Source: Octopus sinensis (Eukaryota). From it: a DNA stretch of 11,964 nt. Location of the stretch: the NCBI RefSeq assembly GCF_006345805.1, contig NW_021826832.1, positions 1 through 11,964 of the forward strand, written 5' to 3'. Positions 1 to 9,431 of the stretch are shown piece by piece; positions within the stretch are counted from its first letter, which is position 1, and each line of letters opens with the position of its first letter. The notes below the pieces were generated by a model, which did no database searches, was not told where the DNA came from, and saw only the letters and a program-made list of their open reading frames with translations. Made by a program: the position numbers and the translations under genes.

Positions 1-201
1 CGTGCGAAATGCTTACCGGTATTTCGTCTGCCGCTACGTTCTGAGTTCAAATTCCGCCGCGATTGACTTTGCCTTTCATCCTTTCGGGGTCGATTAAACA
101 AGTACCAGTTACGCATTGGGGTCGATATAATCAACTTGATTTGTGTGTCTGTCCTTGTTTGTCCCCTCTGTGTGTAGCCCCTTGTGGGTAGTAAAGAAAT
201 A
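1..201 (+). mobile_element. tRNA-derived SINE, octopus-type family A, copy 1 (5' end cut by window edge)
   Basis: Pol III B-box-like GTTCAAATTCC at 45-55, central core GCCTTTCATCCTTTCGGGGTCGAT, 3' end GTAAAGAAATA. The same sequence recurs at 202-364, 364-456 and, inverted, at 9432-9632. Family recognised from memory of octopus SINEs. Confidence 0.8.
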
Positions 202-364
202 GGTATTTCCTCTGCCGCTACCTTTTGAGTTCAAATTCCGCCGAGTTTGACATTGCCTTTCATCTTTTCGGGGTCGATTAAATAAGTATCAGTTACGTAC
301 CGTGATCGATGCAATCGACTTTATCCCTTTGTCTGTCCTTGTTTGTCCCTTCTATGTTTAGCCC
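202..364 (+). mobile_element. SINE family A, tandem copy 2 (5'-truncated)
   Basis: Starts at GGTATTTC directly after the end of copy 1. Aligns by eye to about 18-180 with scattered substitutions. Confidence 0.8.
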
Positions 365-456
365 GCCGGGCGAAATGCTTAGCTGTATTTCGTCTGTCTT
401 TACGTTGAGTTCAAATTCTGCCGAGGTCGACTTTGCATGTCATCCTTTCGGGGTCG
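364..456 (+). mobile_element. SINE family A, tandem copy 3 (3'-truncated)
   Basis: CGCCGGGCGAAATGCTTAG...GAGTTCAAATTC...CATCCTTTCGGGGTCG; similarity stops abruptly at 456. Confidence 0.75.
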
Positions 457-1060
457 CGCGTTACTGACTTGCGGAGCTTTGTCAAACTTTTATTTTAACG
501 TGTAGGACGGATCCGGCTATTGTCAGAGTCCATTGTGAACAACACCCTCCCCTTTATTTGTCCTGGAAGCGAGGGCAATTTTTTCTCTATCTAGTGACTA
601 TGGCAAAGTAGGTTTTGTGGTGGACTTGATTGAAAGAGTTGAACAAGGGCACCTTTCTCTTTGGCGATGGCCTTATTGATTTTTCAGGTCCTACATGAAA
701 AGGAAAGTGAGACTGGAGTTGGAGGTAGTCAGCCAGTAAGTTCGTTGAACGGTGGGTGAATGTAGCAAGGATGATCGTGTGACTGGGCCTGCAATAACTG
801 AGAATATGCTGAGGATCCGTTGATGCTAAGGGACCCAAAGTGCGTGCGGTCTATTTGGTCACCTTACGGTGGAACTACCCGCTGTTGGGGAAGCATATTG
901 TTGAAATAATTGGAAGTAATGTGCAAAAAGTTTTATAAAGTAGGTAAGGGTAATTAATCAGGTCAGTGTCATATTTACATATTAGTAAAGAAGAGGGAGG
1001 GGATTAGCTAGCATGGGATACAGATAATCTATGATCAGGTGATAGGAAGCACAACCATAT

Positions 1061-1067
1061 TTATCTA

Positions 1068-1109
<42 letters not shown>

Positions 1110-1156
1110 CCTACGTACCAACCTACCTACCAACCTACCTGCCTATATATATATAT
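1061..1156. repeat. Compound microsatellite (CT)n-(ATCT)n-(ACCT)n-(TA)n
   Basis: Seen directly. Confidence 0.9.
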
Positions 1157-1344
1157 GTATCCATCTATCGATCGATCGATTTATTTGTCGTATATCAAAC
1201 ATACACGCATATAAATACATGAACACATAGATGGATAGATTTAAACACACATCTATTTGTACACCTATAATTGTATCTGAATATTATGTAAATGTATGTG
1301 AGTGTATACATACATACAGACATATATATATAAATATATATATA

Positions 1345-1697
1345 CTCTTTACTTTTTTACTCTTTTACTTGTTTCAGTCATTTGACTGCGGCAATGGTGG
1401 AGCACCGCCTTTAGTCGAGCAAATCGACCCCGGGACTTATTCTTTGTAAGCCCAGTACTTATTCTATCGCTAAGTGACGGGGACGTAAATACACCAGCAT
1501 CGGGAGACAAACACAGACACATACACACATACACACACATACATATACACATATACATATATACGACGGGATTCTTTCAGTTTCCATCTATCAAATTCAC
1601 TCACAAGGCTTTGGTCGGCCCGAGGCTATAGTAGAAGACACTTGCCCAAGGTGCCACGCAGTGGGACTGAACCCGGAACCATGTGGTTGGTAAGCAA
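1345..1697 (-). mobile_element. tRNA-derived SINE, octopus-type family B (5'-truncated)
   Basis: On the minus strand: B-box-like GGTTCAGTCCC (1663-1673), then CACCTTGGGCAAGTGTCTT, an internal (TG/TA)n tract (about 1510-1563) and a short AAAGAGT-type tandem tail (1345-1370). A diverged relative lies at 7476-7640. Confidence 0.8.
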
Positions 1698-2687
1698 TAT
1701 ATATGTGAAAATGTATATATACATATATATATGAACGTGGCATACACACACAAGCACACACACAGCTACGTGTATCACTGTTTCGGCCAGGCTATCATAG
1801 ATTTTACCACCCATCTTGTCACAGCGTCATCTCTACCGCTGTTTCAGCTTTTCGAATGATGCCCCCCACCCCACACCGAATAGCGGAGAAAACCAAGAAT
1901 CCCCACTGTACATGACCCCCAGATTTCACTCACATTCGCGTACTGTTCGAAGGACAAACTGTGTAGCCAATGTCATCGATCTCTCTGAGGGCAATTTTAA
2001 CTTACATCATTTCTAATTCGATATTTAAAGAAACGCACTTGTTTTGAAACTCTGTCTGAGTGAAGTAAGTACGCCTGAAGTCCTAAGACATGAACCTTCG
2101 TAACAGAGCACAACTAAGTCTTTCATCCCTACAGTGAGGGCCCTGTGAGACTGAAATATAAAAGAGCTTCATTGATAACAGATGTTTCACATTACAATAC
2201 GAGTGTACTATCTCATGTAAGATGAAGTGTATGTCGTCATAGAGCTTTTCCAGGAACAACAAACGATTACGTTCTTTCTTCTAAGGTTCTATAGAAACAA
2301 GCACGTTATATACTTCGCTTTTGAAAGTGCAGTTATTCATTGTAGATTATATATCGAATACGCAATAGAATCGCAGTTTCTTTCTCTGCTTGATTTCGAG
2401 CTGAATATAACGGGTAAATTATCTACATCACCTTCTACAGAAATCCTGCTCGTATGAATGTATTTGTTCGTTTAAAAATCGACTGCAATATACAGGATTG
2501 ATAATAAAAATAATATAAAAGATCTTCCCCCTTTTTTTTATATATATATAACAAGATTAATCGCTTTGGAAAAACGCAAGGCAACGCAAAGAAAAAGATC
2601 GTAAGCATTAAGAAATTCAAAAATTGTCTCGTACATAAATGGCTTCACTGAGTCTGTTATGAGACTGCGATGGAAAACGCAAACCAA

Positions 2688-2761
2688 AATAATGATAATA
2701 ATGATAATAATAAATAATAACAATAATAATAATATAATAATAATAATAAATAATAATATTA

Positions 2762-2827
<66 letters not shown>

Positions 2828-2892
2828 GTAATAATAATAATAATATAGTAATAATAATAATAATACTAATATAATAATAAATAATAGTAATA

Positions 2893-2935
<43 letters not shown>

Positions 2936-2990
2936 TAATAATAAGAAGAAGAAGAGAAAAGAAGAAGAGAAGAAGAAGAGAAGAAGAAGA
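2688..2990. repeat. Long imperfect (AAT)n tract switching to (AAG)n near 2943
   Basis: Seen directly. Confidence 0.95.
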
Positions 2991-3404
2991 ATAGACAAAA
3001 TAAAACGAATAAATAAAGGAAATACAGAGTATGTGCTACTTTAGTATTCTATCTCAAAAGGAACATATTATTAGTGTCATTAGAACCGTAATTCATAGGG
3101 AACAGCAAAGCGGACCAGAAACTTTATTTGAAACCCTCTCTAAGAAACTACATTCCAAAACCACTATTCATCCATTATAGATAAGCACACAAACAGCATT
3201 AATGTGAAAAACTCGTCTGTAAAAAGGCTTCTTGATAACTGAGAGAGTTTTTATAAATGTCTTTTAGAAATGCCTTCGATAGAAATATCGGGAAAATGGA
3301 TAATGAAAGAGCCGTTCCTAATCAAGTGCTGGAAACGAGAAATATGAAATATGAATGTCATTTTATCAACTGGCAGAATATTATAAGCTCACAGGAATTT
3401 CACC

Positions 3405-3407
<3 letters not shown>

Positions 3408-3489
<82 letters not shown>

Positions 3490-3723
3490 GCATTATGTAT
3501 GCGTAATAATTGTATATGTATAAACATGTGTATGCTTGTGCGTTTGTGTGTTAGAGAGAGAGAGGAGAGAGTTATATGCGTCCATACATTTATACATACG
3601 TAAGTATTTGTATATACGTATACATGTAGATGTATATGCATTTGTTATATATATATTATATATATATATATATATGTATGAGTGTATATGCACATATATG
3701 TATATATGAATATATATATATAT

Positions 3724-3757
<34 letters not shown>

Positions 3758-3957
3758 ATATAAATTATATGCATATATATATGCATATATATTTATACAT
3801 ATACATATATACATACGCATGCATGGATGCATATACCACTTCGAATGTCATAATGTTTAGTTGTGTAGTAATTTCCTGTCAAGAAAGACTGCTTGTTATA
3901 CGCAAATTACATCTATATACACTTATATATGAGATGTATGTGCGTGGGCGTGCATGT

Positions 3958-4007
<50 letters not shown>

Positions 4008-4068
4008 ATACGTACACATAGGTAGAAATTGATTGAGATATGTCTGTGTGTATTTGTATGAGTGTATT

Positions 4069-4106
<38 letters not shown>

Positions 4107-4142
4107 TTCTATATATACACGTGCATATGTGCGTGTGTGTGT
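3408..4142. repeat. Cluster of (TA)n/(TG)n microsatellites and low-complexity DNA
   Basis: Pure (TA)n at 3408-3477, degenerate TA at about 3640-3815, (TA)n(TG)n at about 3960-4007 and 4070-4142. Confidence 0.9.
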
Positions 4143-4502
4143 GGACGTGTTTTCCAGGTATATACTATTTGCATATGCATGCGTGTTTGTAATTAGCGTA
4201 TTGCGCCTTGCTTATGCATATTTGATTGAATAAATAACTGCAAATTATATTAGCCAAATTATGGCTGAATCGTTTGAATTTCATAGCAATTTTGTTTCAT
4301 GCTTATATGGAAGGAGTTAGTTTCTCTGCTGAGTAAAGCGGAAACACTAACTGTGATCTTTCGCTCTCATGTTTTTAGTGTCGGATTTTTAATGGCCGCC
4401 TAGTTTTAATGCTAGAGTAAAAAAGAGGAAGTGAATACATTACAAAGAGAACTTGTAATGATGTAACACGCACACATGCTCGCGCGAGCATGCACGTATG
4501 GG

Positions 4503-4530
4503 TATATATACATATATATATATATATATA
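4503..4530. repeat. (TA)n left flank of the hammerhead array
   Basis: Seen directly; abuts the array. Confidence 0.9.
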
Positions 4531-4649
4531 TTAACAATTAAGGAACGGCCATAATAGGCCATTCACCCACTAGAAATAACAGCCCAAGCTTCTACCGCAA
4601 ATAAAGATTAATTCCGTAAACAGGAGAAATTAAAAAACATTTACCCTGT

Positions 4650-4754
4650 ATTTCTTGTACGGTAACCGTTTCATCCGCTGTTTAATGTAAAACTAACCTG
4701 ATTAAATTAAATCAAGCCAATCTTCCATAAGCCCTCGGATTCTTCAGCAGAAAT
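4650..4754 (-). ncRNA. Type I hammerhead ribozyme, copy 1 (core intact; 1-nt deletions in stems I and III)
   Basis: Reverse complement has CTGAAGA (4741-4747), stem II ATCCG/CGGAT, and GAAACGGTTACCGTA followed by CAAGAAAT. Confidence 0.7.
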
Positions 4755-5132
4755 AGCTAAGTCGGAACAGATATTTACACGAGGCATACACAATCTTGCC
4801 AAGTCATATCTGACCTAAAATTTTCAAATCGTCGCACTCGCGCCAAATTTATCGGCAGCAAATAAATATCAGCCGTCGATTCCATTACGAATTAACCAAA
4901 AAATTCATAATTAATCAATATAGGGTGGCAAGGAAAATTTTGTAGAATTTTATTGCACCAGCGGCCCAGTGGGAAAAAATTAAATAGTCATAGACCATTT
5001 TTAAGTTCAACATTAACATTAAGGAACGGCCATAATAGGCCATTCACCCACTAGAAATAACAGCCAAAGCTTCTACCGCAAATAAAGATTAATTCCGTAA
5101 ACATGAGAAAATTAAAAAACATTTACCCTGTA

Positions 5133-5239
5133 ATTTCTTGTACGGTATACCGTTTCATCCGCTGTTTAATGGTAAACTAACCTGATTAAATTAAATCAAG
5201 CCAATCTTCCATAAGCCCTCGGATTCTTCAGCAAGAAAT
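5133..5239 (-). ncRNA. Type I hammerhead ribozyme, copy 2 (intact)
   Basis: Reverse complement of 6073-6179. Predicted cleavage between 5141 and 5140. Confidence 0.85.
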
Positions 5240-5621
5240 AGCTCAAGTCGGAACAGATATTTACACGAGGCATACCCAATCTTGCCAAGTCAATATCTGA
5301 CCTAAAATTTTCAAATCGTCGCACTCGCGCCAAATTTATCGGCAGCAAATAATATCAGCCGTCGATTCCATACGGAATTAACCAAAAAATTCATAATTAA
5401 TCAATATAGGGTGGCAAGGAAAATTTTGTAGAATTTTATTGCCACCAGCGGCCCAGTGGGAAAAAATTAAATAGTCATAGACCATTTTTAAGTTCAACAT
5501 TAACAATTAAGGAACGGCCATAATAGGCCATTCACCCACTAGAAAACATAACAGCCAACTTCTACCGCAAATAAAGATTAATTCCGTAAACAGAGAAAAT
5601 TAAAAAAACATTTACCCTGTA

Positions 5622-5726
5622 ATTTCTTGTACGGTATACCGTTTCATCCGCTGTTTAATGGTAAACTAACCTGATTAATTAAATCAAGCCATCTTCCATA
5701 AGCCCTCGGATTCTTCAGCAAGAAAT
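5622..5726 (-). ncRNA. Type I hammerhead ribozyme, copy 3 (core intact)
   Basis: Same motif with two 1-nt deletions in the stem II extension. Predicted cleavage between 5630 and 5629. Confidence 0.8.
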
Positions 5727-6072
5727 AGCTCAAGTCGGAACAGATATTTACACGAGGCATACCCAATCTTGCCAAGTCAATATCTGACCTAAAATTTTCA
5801 AATCGTCGCACTCGCGCCAATTTATCGGCAGCAAATAAATATCAGCCGTCGATTCCATTACGGAATTAACCAAAAAATTCATAATTAATCAATATAGGGT
5901 GGCAAGGAAAATTTTGTAGAATTTTATTGCCACCAGCGGCCCAGTGGGAAAAAATTAAATAGTCATAGACCGATAAATTTGGCGCGAGTGCGACGATTTG
6001 AAAATTTTAGGTCAGATATTGACTTGGCAAGATTGGGTATGCCTCGTGTAAATATCTGTTCCGACTTGAGCT

Positions 6073-6179
6073 ATTTCTTGCTGAAGAATCCGAGGGCTTA
6101 TGGAAGATTGGCTTGATTTAATTTAATCAGGTTAGTTTACCATTAAACAGCGGATGAAACGGTATACCGTACAAGAAAT
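6073..6179 (+). ncRNA. Type I hammerhead ribozyme, copy 4 (intact)
   Basis: Stem I ATTTCTTG (6073-6080) pairs with CAAGAAAT (6172-6179). Core CTGAAGA at 6081-6087. Stem II ATCCG (6088-6092) pairs with CGGAT (6151-6155). GAAA at 6156-6159. Stem III ACGG-TATA-CCGT. GUA cleavage triplet at 6169-6171. Confidence 0.88.
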
Positions 6180-6559
6180 TACAGGTAAATGTTTTTTAAT
6201 TTTCTCCTGTTTACGGAATTATCTTTATTTGCGGTAGAAGCTTTGGCTGTTATTTCTAGTGGGTGAATGGCCTATTATGGCCGTTCCTTAATTGTTAATG
6301 TTGAACTTAAAAATGGCTATGACTATTTAATTTTTTCCCACTGGGCCGCTGGTGGCAATAAAATTCTACAAAATTTTCCTTGCCACCCTATATTGATTAA
6401 TTATGAATTTTTTGGTTAATTCCGTAATGGAATCGACGGCTGATATTTATTTGCTGCCGATAAATTTTGCGCGAGTGCGACGATTTGAAAATTTTAGGTC
6501 AGATATTGACTTGGCAAGATTGGGTATGCCTCGTGTAAATATCTGTTCCGACTTGAGCT

Positions 6560-6663
6560 ATTTCTTGCGGAATCCGAGGGCTTATGGAAGATTGGCTTGA
6601 TTTAATTTAATCAGGTTAGTTTACCATTAAACAGCGGATGAAACGGTATACCGTACAAGAAAT
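6560..6663 (+). ncRNA. Hammerhead copy 5 with damaged core (CGGA in place of CTGAAGA)
   Basis: All stems are present but the catalytic core is 3 nt shorter at 6568-6571. This is either a mutation or a sequencing error. Confidence 0.6.
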
Positions 6664-6888
6664 TACAGGGTAAATGTTTTTTAATTTTCTCCTGTTTACG
6701 GAATTAATCTTTATTTGCGGTAGAAGCTTTGGCTGTTATTTCTAGTGGGTGAATGGCCTATTATGGCCGTTCCTTAATTGTTAATGTTGAACTTAAAAAT
6801 GGTCTATGACTATTTAATTTTTTCCCACTGGGCCGCTGGTGGCATAAAATTCTACAAAATTTTCCTTGCCACCCTATATTGATTAATT

Positions 6889-6898
6889 ATATATATAT

Positions 6899-6944
<46 letters not shown>

Positions 6945-6955
6945 TACCTATATAT
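6889..6955. repeat. (TA)n right flank of the hammerhead array
   Basis: Seen directly. Confidence 0.9.
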
Positions 6956-7475
6956 AGTGTATATGTTTTTACTGTGGTAGCTTAACTTCAATTTAATTAA
7001 CTCTAAAACTGATAGGCGTCGAAAACGCAACGAATCAATCCTACTTTCCGGTATCATCTATGTGTACCTATCTTCATTTATCACCGTCGTAGCTGCCCTC
7101 CTAGATATTTGGCTGCAATTTGCGGGATGCTAACCAGACGTATAGAACAGCATTTCCCATACTTTTGTTTGTTCATCAATTCTTTGATCAGAGGACAAAT
7201 CTTGCAAAACATCTGACTGAGTCTCCCACGGTGCTATTCAATTGCTTCATCATGAATTAAATACATCTGTAATTTCCATTAACCCAAGAGCCCCATCATT
7301 TGATTGGACAATTAATATATTAGACTAGGTCGTACAGTGGTTGCTCGGTTGTTATTTAAGCATTCTTTATTTTTTATCTGCCATTGTTTATTTGAAATAG
7401 CTACCTTATGCACATATAGGTTGAACTCGTTTCCAACCCAGTTGTGTATTGTATGAGCGTGAAGGTCACGCAACA

Positions 7476-7640
7476 TCTTTTATCTTTGGCTTGTTTCAGG
7501 TATTAGACTCCAGCTACCCGGGAGAACCACCTTCGGGTATTTAAGTTGAACTGATCGATCAGAGCCCTTTCACTAAGTTTTAGAGACGTAAACACGCCAA
7601 TACATGTTGTCTAGTGGTTGTGAGAAACAAACACACATAT
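7476..7640 (-). mobile_element. Diverged 3' fragment of SINE family B
   Basis: TCTTTTATCTTT..CTTGTTTCAG..TAGACT..GGAG.ACCACCTT..CTAAGT..GACGTAAACAC..ACAAACAC is collinear with 1345-1520. Confidence 0.65.
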
Positions 7641-7649
7641 TAAAGTAGA

Positions 7650-7724
7650 CATACAGACACAGACACATGCATATGTGTATGTATATAATATACATGTTTA
7701 CATGTATATATATATAAATATATA

Positions 7725-7779
<55 letters not shown>

Positions 7780-7970
7780 CATACATCATACATACATACA
7801 TACATGCATATACATGTATATGTAAAAACGCATATGGCGAGTATCTATATATTTCAATACATACATTCATATATTATACACACACACACAGATATATATA
7901 TATATATAATGATATATATGTGTGTGTGTGTGTGAGTGTGTGTGTTGTGGGGGGGGGTTAGTGTGTGTGT
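7650..7970. repeat. Compound (TA)n/(TACA)n/(CA)n/(TG)n microsatellites
   Basis: Seen directly. Confidence 0.9.
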
Positions 7971-8358
7971 GAGTATGCAAATACTGATTTGGAAGCGTTG
8001 TGAATGAATATGTGCATATTTGTATGTTGCTTTATTGTATGCTTTATTGGTTTTATCAAACCAATATGTGAAATTTCTTCTCATGCCTAAACATACAACA
8101 TATACCAATCGAGAATGCAGGACCAGAAGATTAGTTATATATTACAATAGATAATCCATCACCGATGTCTTATCCGTACCCATATTTTTGTCAATAGATT
8201 TAATAGCTTGGAACTACTTCAGAAAATTTCAAGCAGCTTTTCATCTGCAAATTGTATATGCATATTTGTGGTAGAGTGCCGTTTGTGCATAGGCAACTAG
8301 AGGTTTAATAATTACAAGTACTACCTAGAATTTTATCCTTCAGTATAAAATTAAGTAA

Positions 8359-8580
8359 CACTCCTTCGGTTACGACAACAAGGGTTCCAGGAGATCCGAT
8401 CAACGGCACAGTTTGCTTATGAATTTATCGTGCAAGTGGTTGAGCATTCCACAGACACCTATACCCGTTGGAGCGTATTTCTCAGGGTGATTTAGCACGA
8501 CGCAGAATGTGACACGGCTGGCCATGTGAAACACATACAACTCATTTGTGCTAGCTCGGCAGACTAGAGCAACGCGAAAT
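8359..8580 (-). mobile_element. Diverged fragment of a third octopus-type interspersed repeat (probable SINE)
   Basis: Motifs CGGTTACGAC, GGGTTCCAG, GATCCGATCAACGG, GTGCAAGTGG.TGAGCA.TCCACAGACAC and GAGCAACG.GAAAT match my recollection of a common octopus repeat. No second copy in the window; strand is tentative. Confidence 0.5.
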
Positions 8581-8782
8581 CACCGTATGCATATATAACC
8601 ATACATACGCAAGCAGCATCTGACCGGTCCTTCACAAATGTTCACTCTATAACCGCATTCCGACCCGACCCTTAATTACTTTTCTGCTATTCTATCATAC
8701 TTCTTTTAATTTATCTTTCCAAGCGCCTTTGCGAAAACTTGTCCCCATTCTGCAATTTAGTTTTTGATCACTCAACATTTAA

Positions 8783-9415
8783 ACGCACGCACACACACAC
8801 TCATACACACATGCACACACACACATACACACATACACACGCATGCGCGCACAAGAACACATACGCATACGTGCATGTACACAAACTCAGGTGCACACAC
8901 AGACACACACACATCCAAATGGCTGTGTGTCTGCTTAATTATTTATTAGTCGCTCCATCCATATATACATATCCTCATGGATGTATGTCCGTCGTTCTGT
9001 ATATGAATGTGCACATTTCATATATATATATATATATATATATTAGAATATATATGTATATTTATATTAGAATATATATATATATATATAACTATATTAT
9101 GGTATATATATTTTGTGGTATAATTTACTTAACATTTCACCTGGTTTATGACTACGCCAAACACCTACATTACACACATATATATACATATGTAAATATA
9201 CATAAATTTAAATTCAATATGCATACATATGTGCACGTCTGTATGAATATACATATATATAGGTATGCGCGCACACATGCACACACATATGTATATATGC
9301 ATGAATATATATACATATAAAATAAATAAACAGATATATATACGTATACATATATGTGTGTGTGTAGTATGTACATATGTATATTCATATACCCGTGCAT
9401 ATATGTATGCATATT
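8783..9415. repeat. Degenerate (CA)n/(TA)n low-complexity region
   Basis: Seen directly. Confidence 0.85.
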
Positions 9416-9431
9416 TGTTTCAAATTTTGAC

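Larger units (their letters stand above)
4530..6890. mobile_element. Hammerhead-containing ~490-bp tandem and inverted array (retrozyme-like or non-autonomous Penelope-like element)
   Basis: Left arm units: 4530-5011, 5012-5498, 5499-5971 (truncated). Right arm, reverse complement: 5970-6299 (partial), 6300-6785, 6786-6890 (partial). Copies are near-identical, there are five hammerhead motifs in total, there is no long ORF, and (TA)n flanks both sides. The repeat structure is directly seen; the mobile-element class is inferred. Confidence 0.8.

Noticed and set aside
1750-2680. Possible host exon in unique-looking sequence
   Set aside because: Only short ORFs with no recognisable protein similarity or convincing splice-site pair.
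4315-4352. Imperfect hairpin AGTTAG...CTAACT
   Set aside because: Short and bulged; compatible with chance.
6403-6600. 65-aa ORF inside the repeat unit
   Set aside because: Short, no recognisable motif (no RT or GIY-YIG), overlaps the structured RNA, and other frames have stops. There is no support for translation.
4530-6890. Interpretation as a DNA transposon/foldback element with TIRs, a plain satellite, or a CRISPR array
   Set aside because: The outer ends are not inverted copies of each other and there are no unique spacers. The hammerhead and strand-polarised folding favour an RNA-based origin.
7009-7036. CTGATAG-GCGT-CGAAA-ACGC-AACGAATC, faintly hammerhead-like
   Set aside because: The core does not match CUGANGA/GAAA, and I found no convincing stems I or III.
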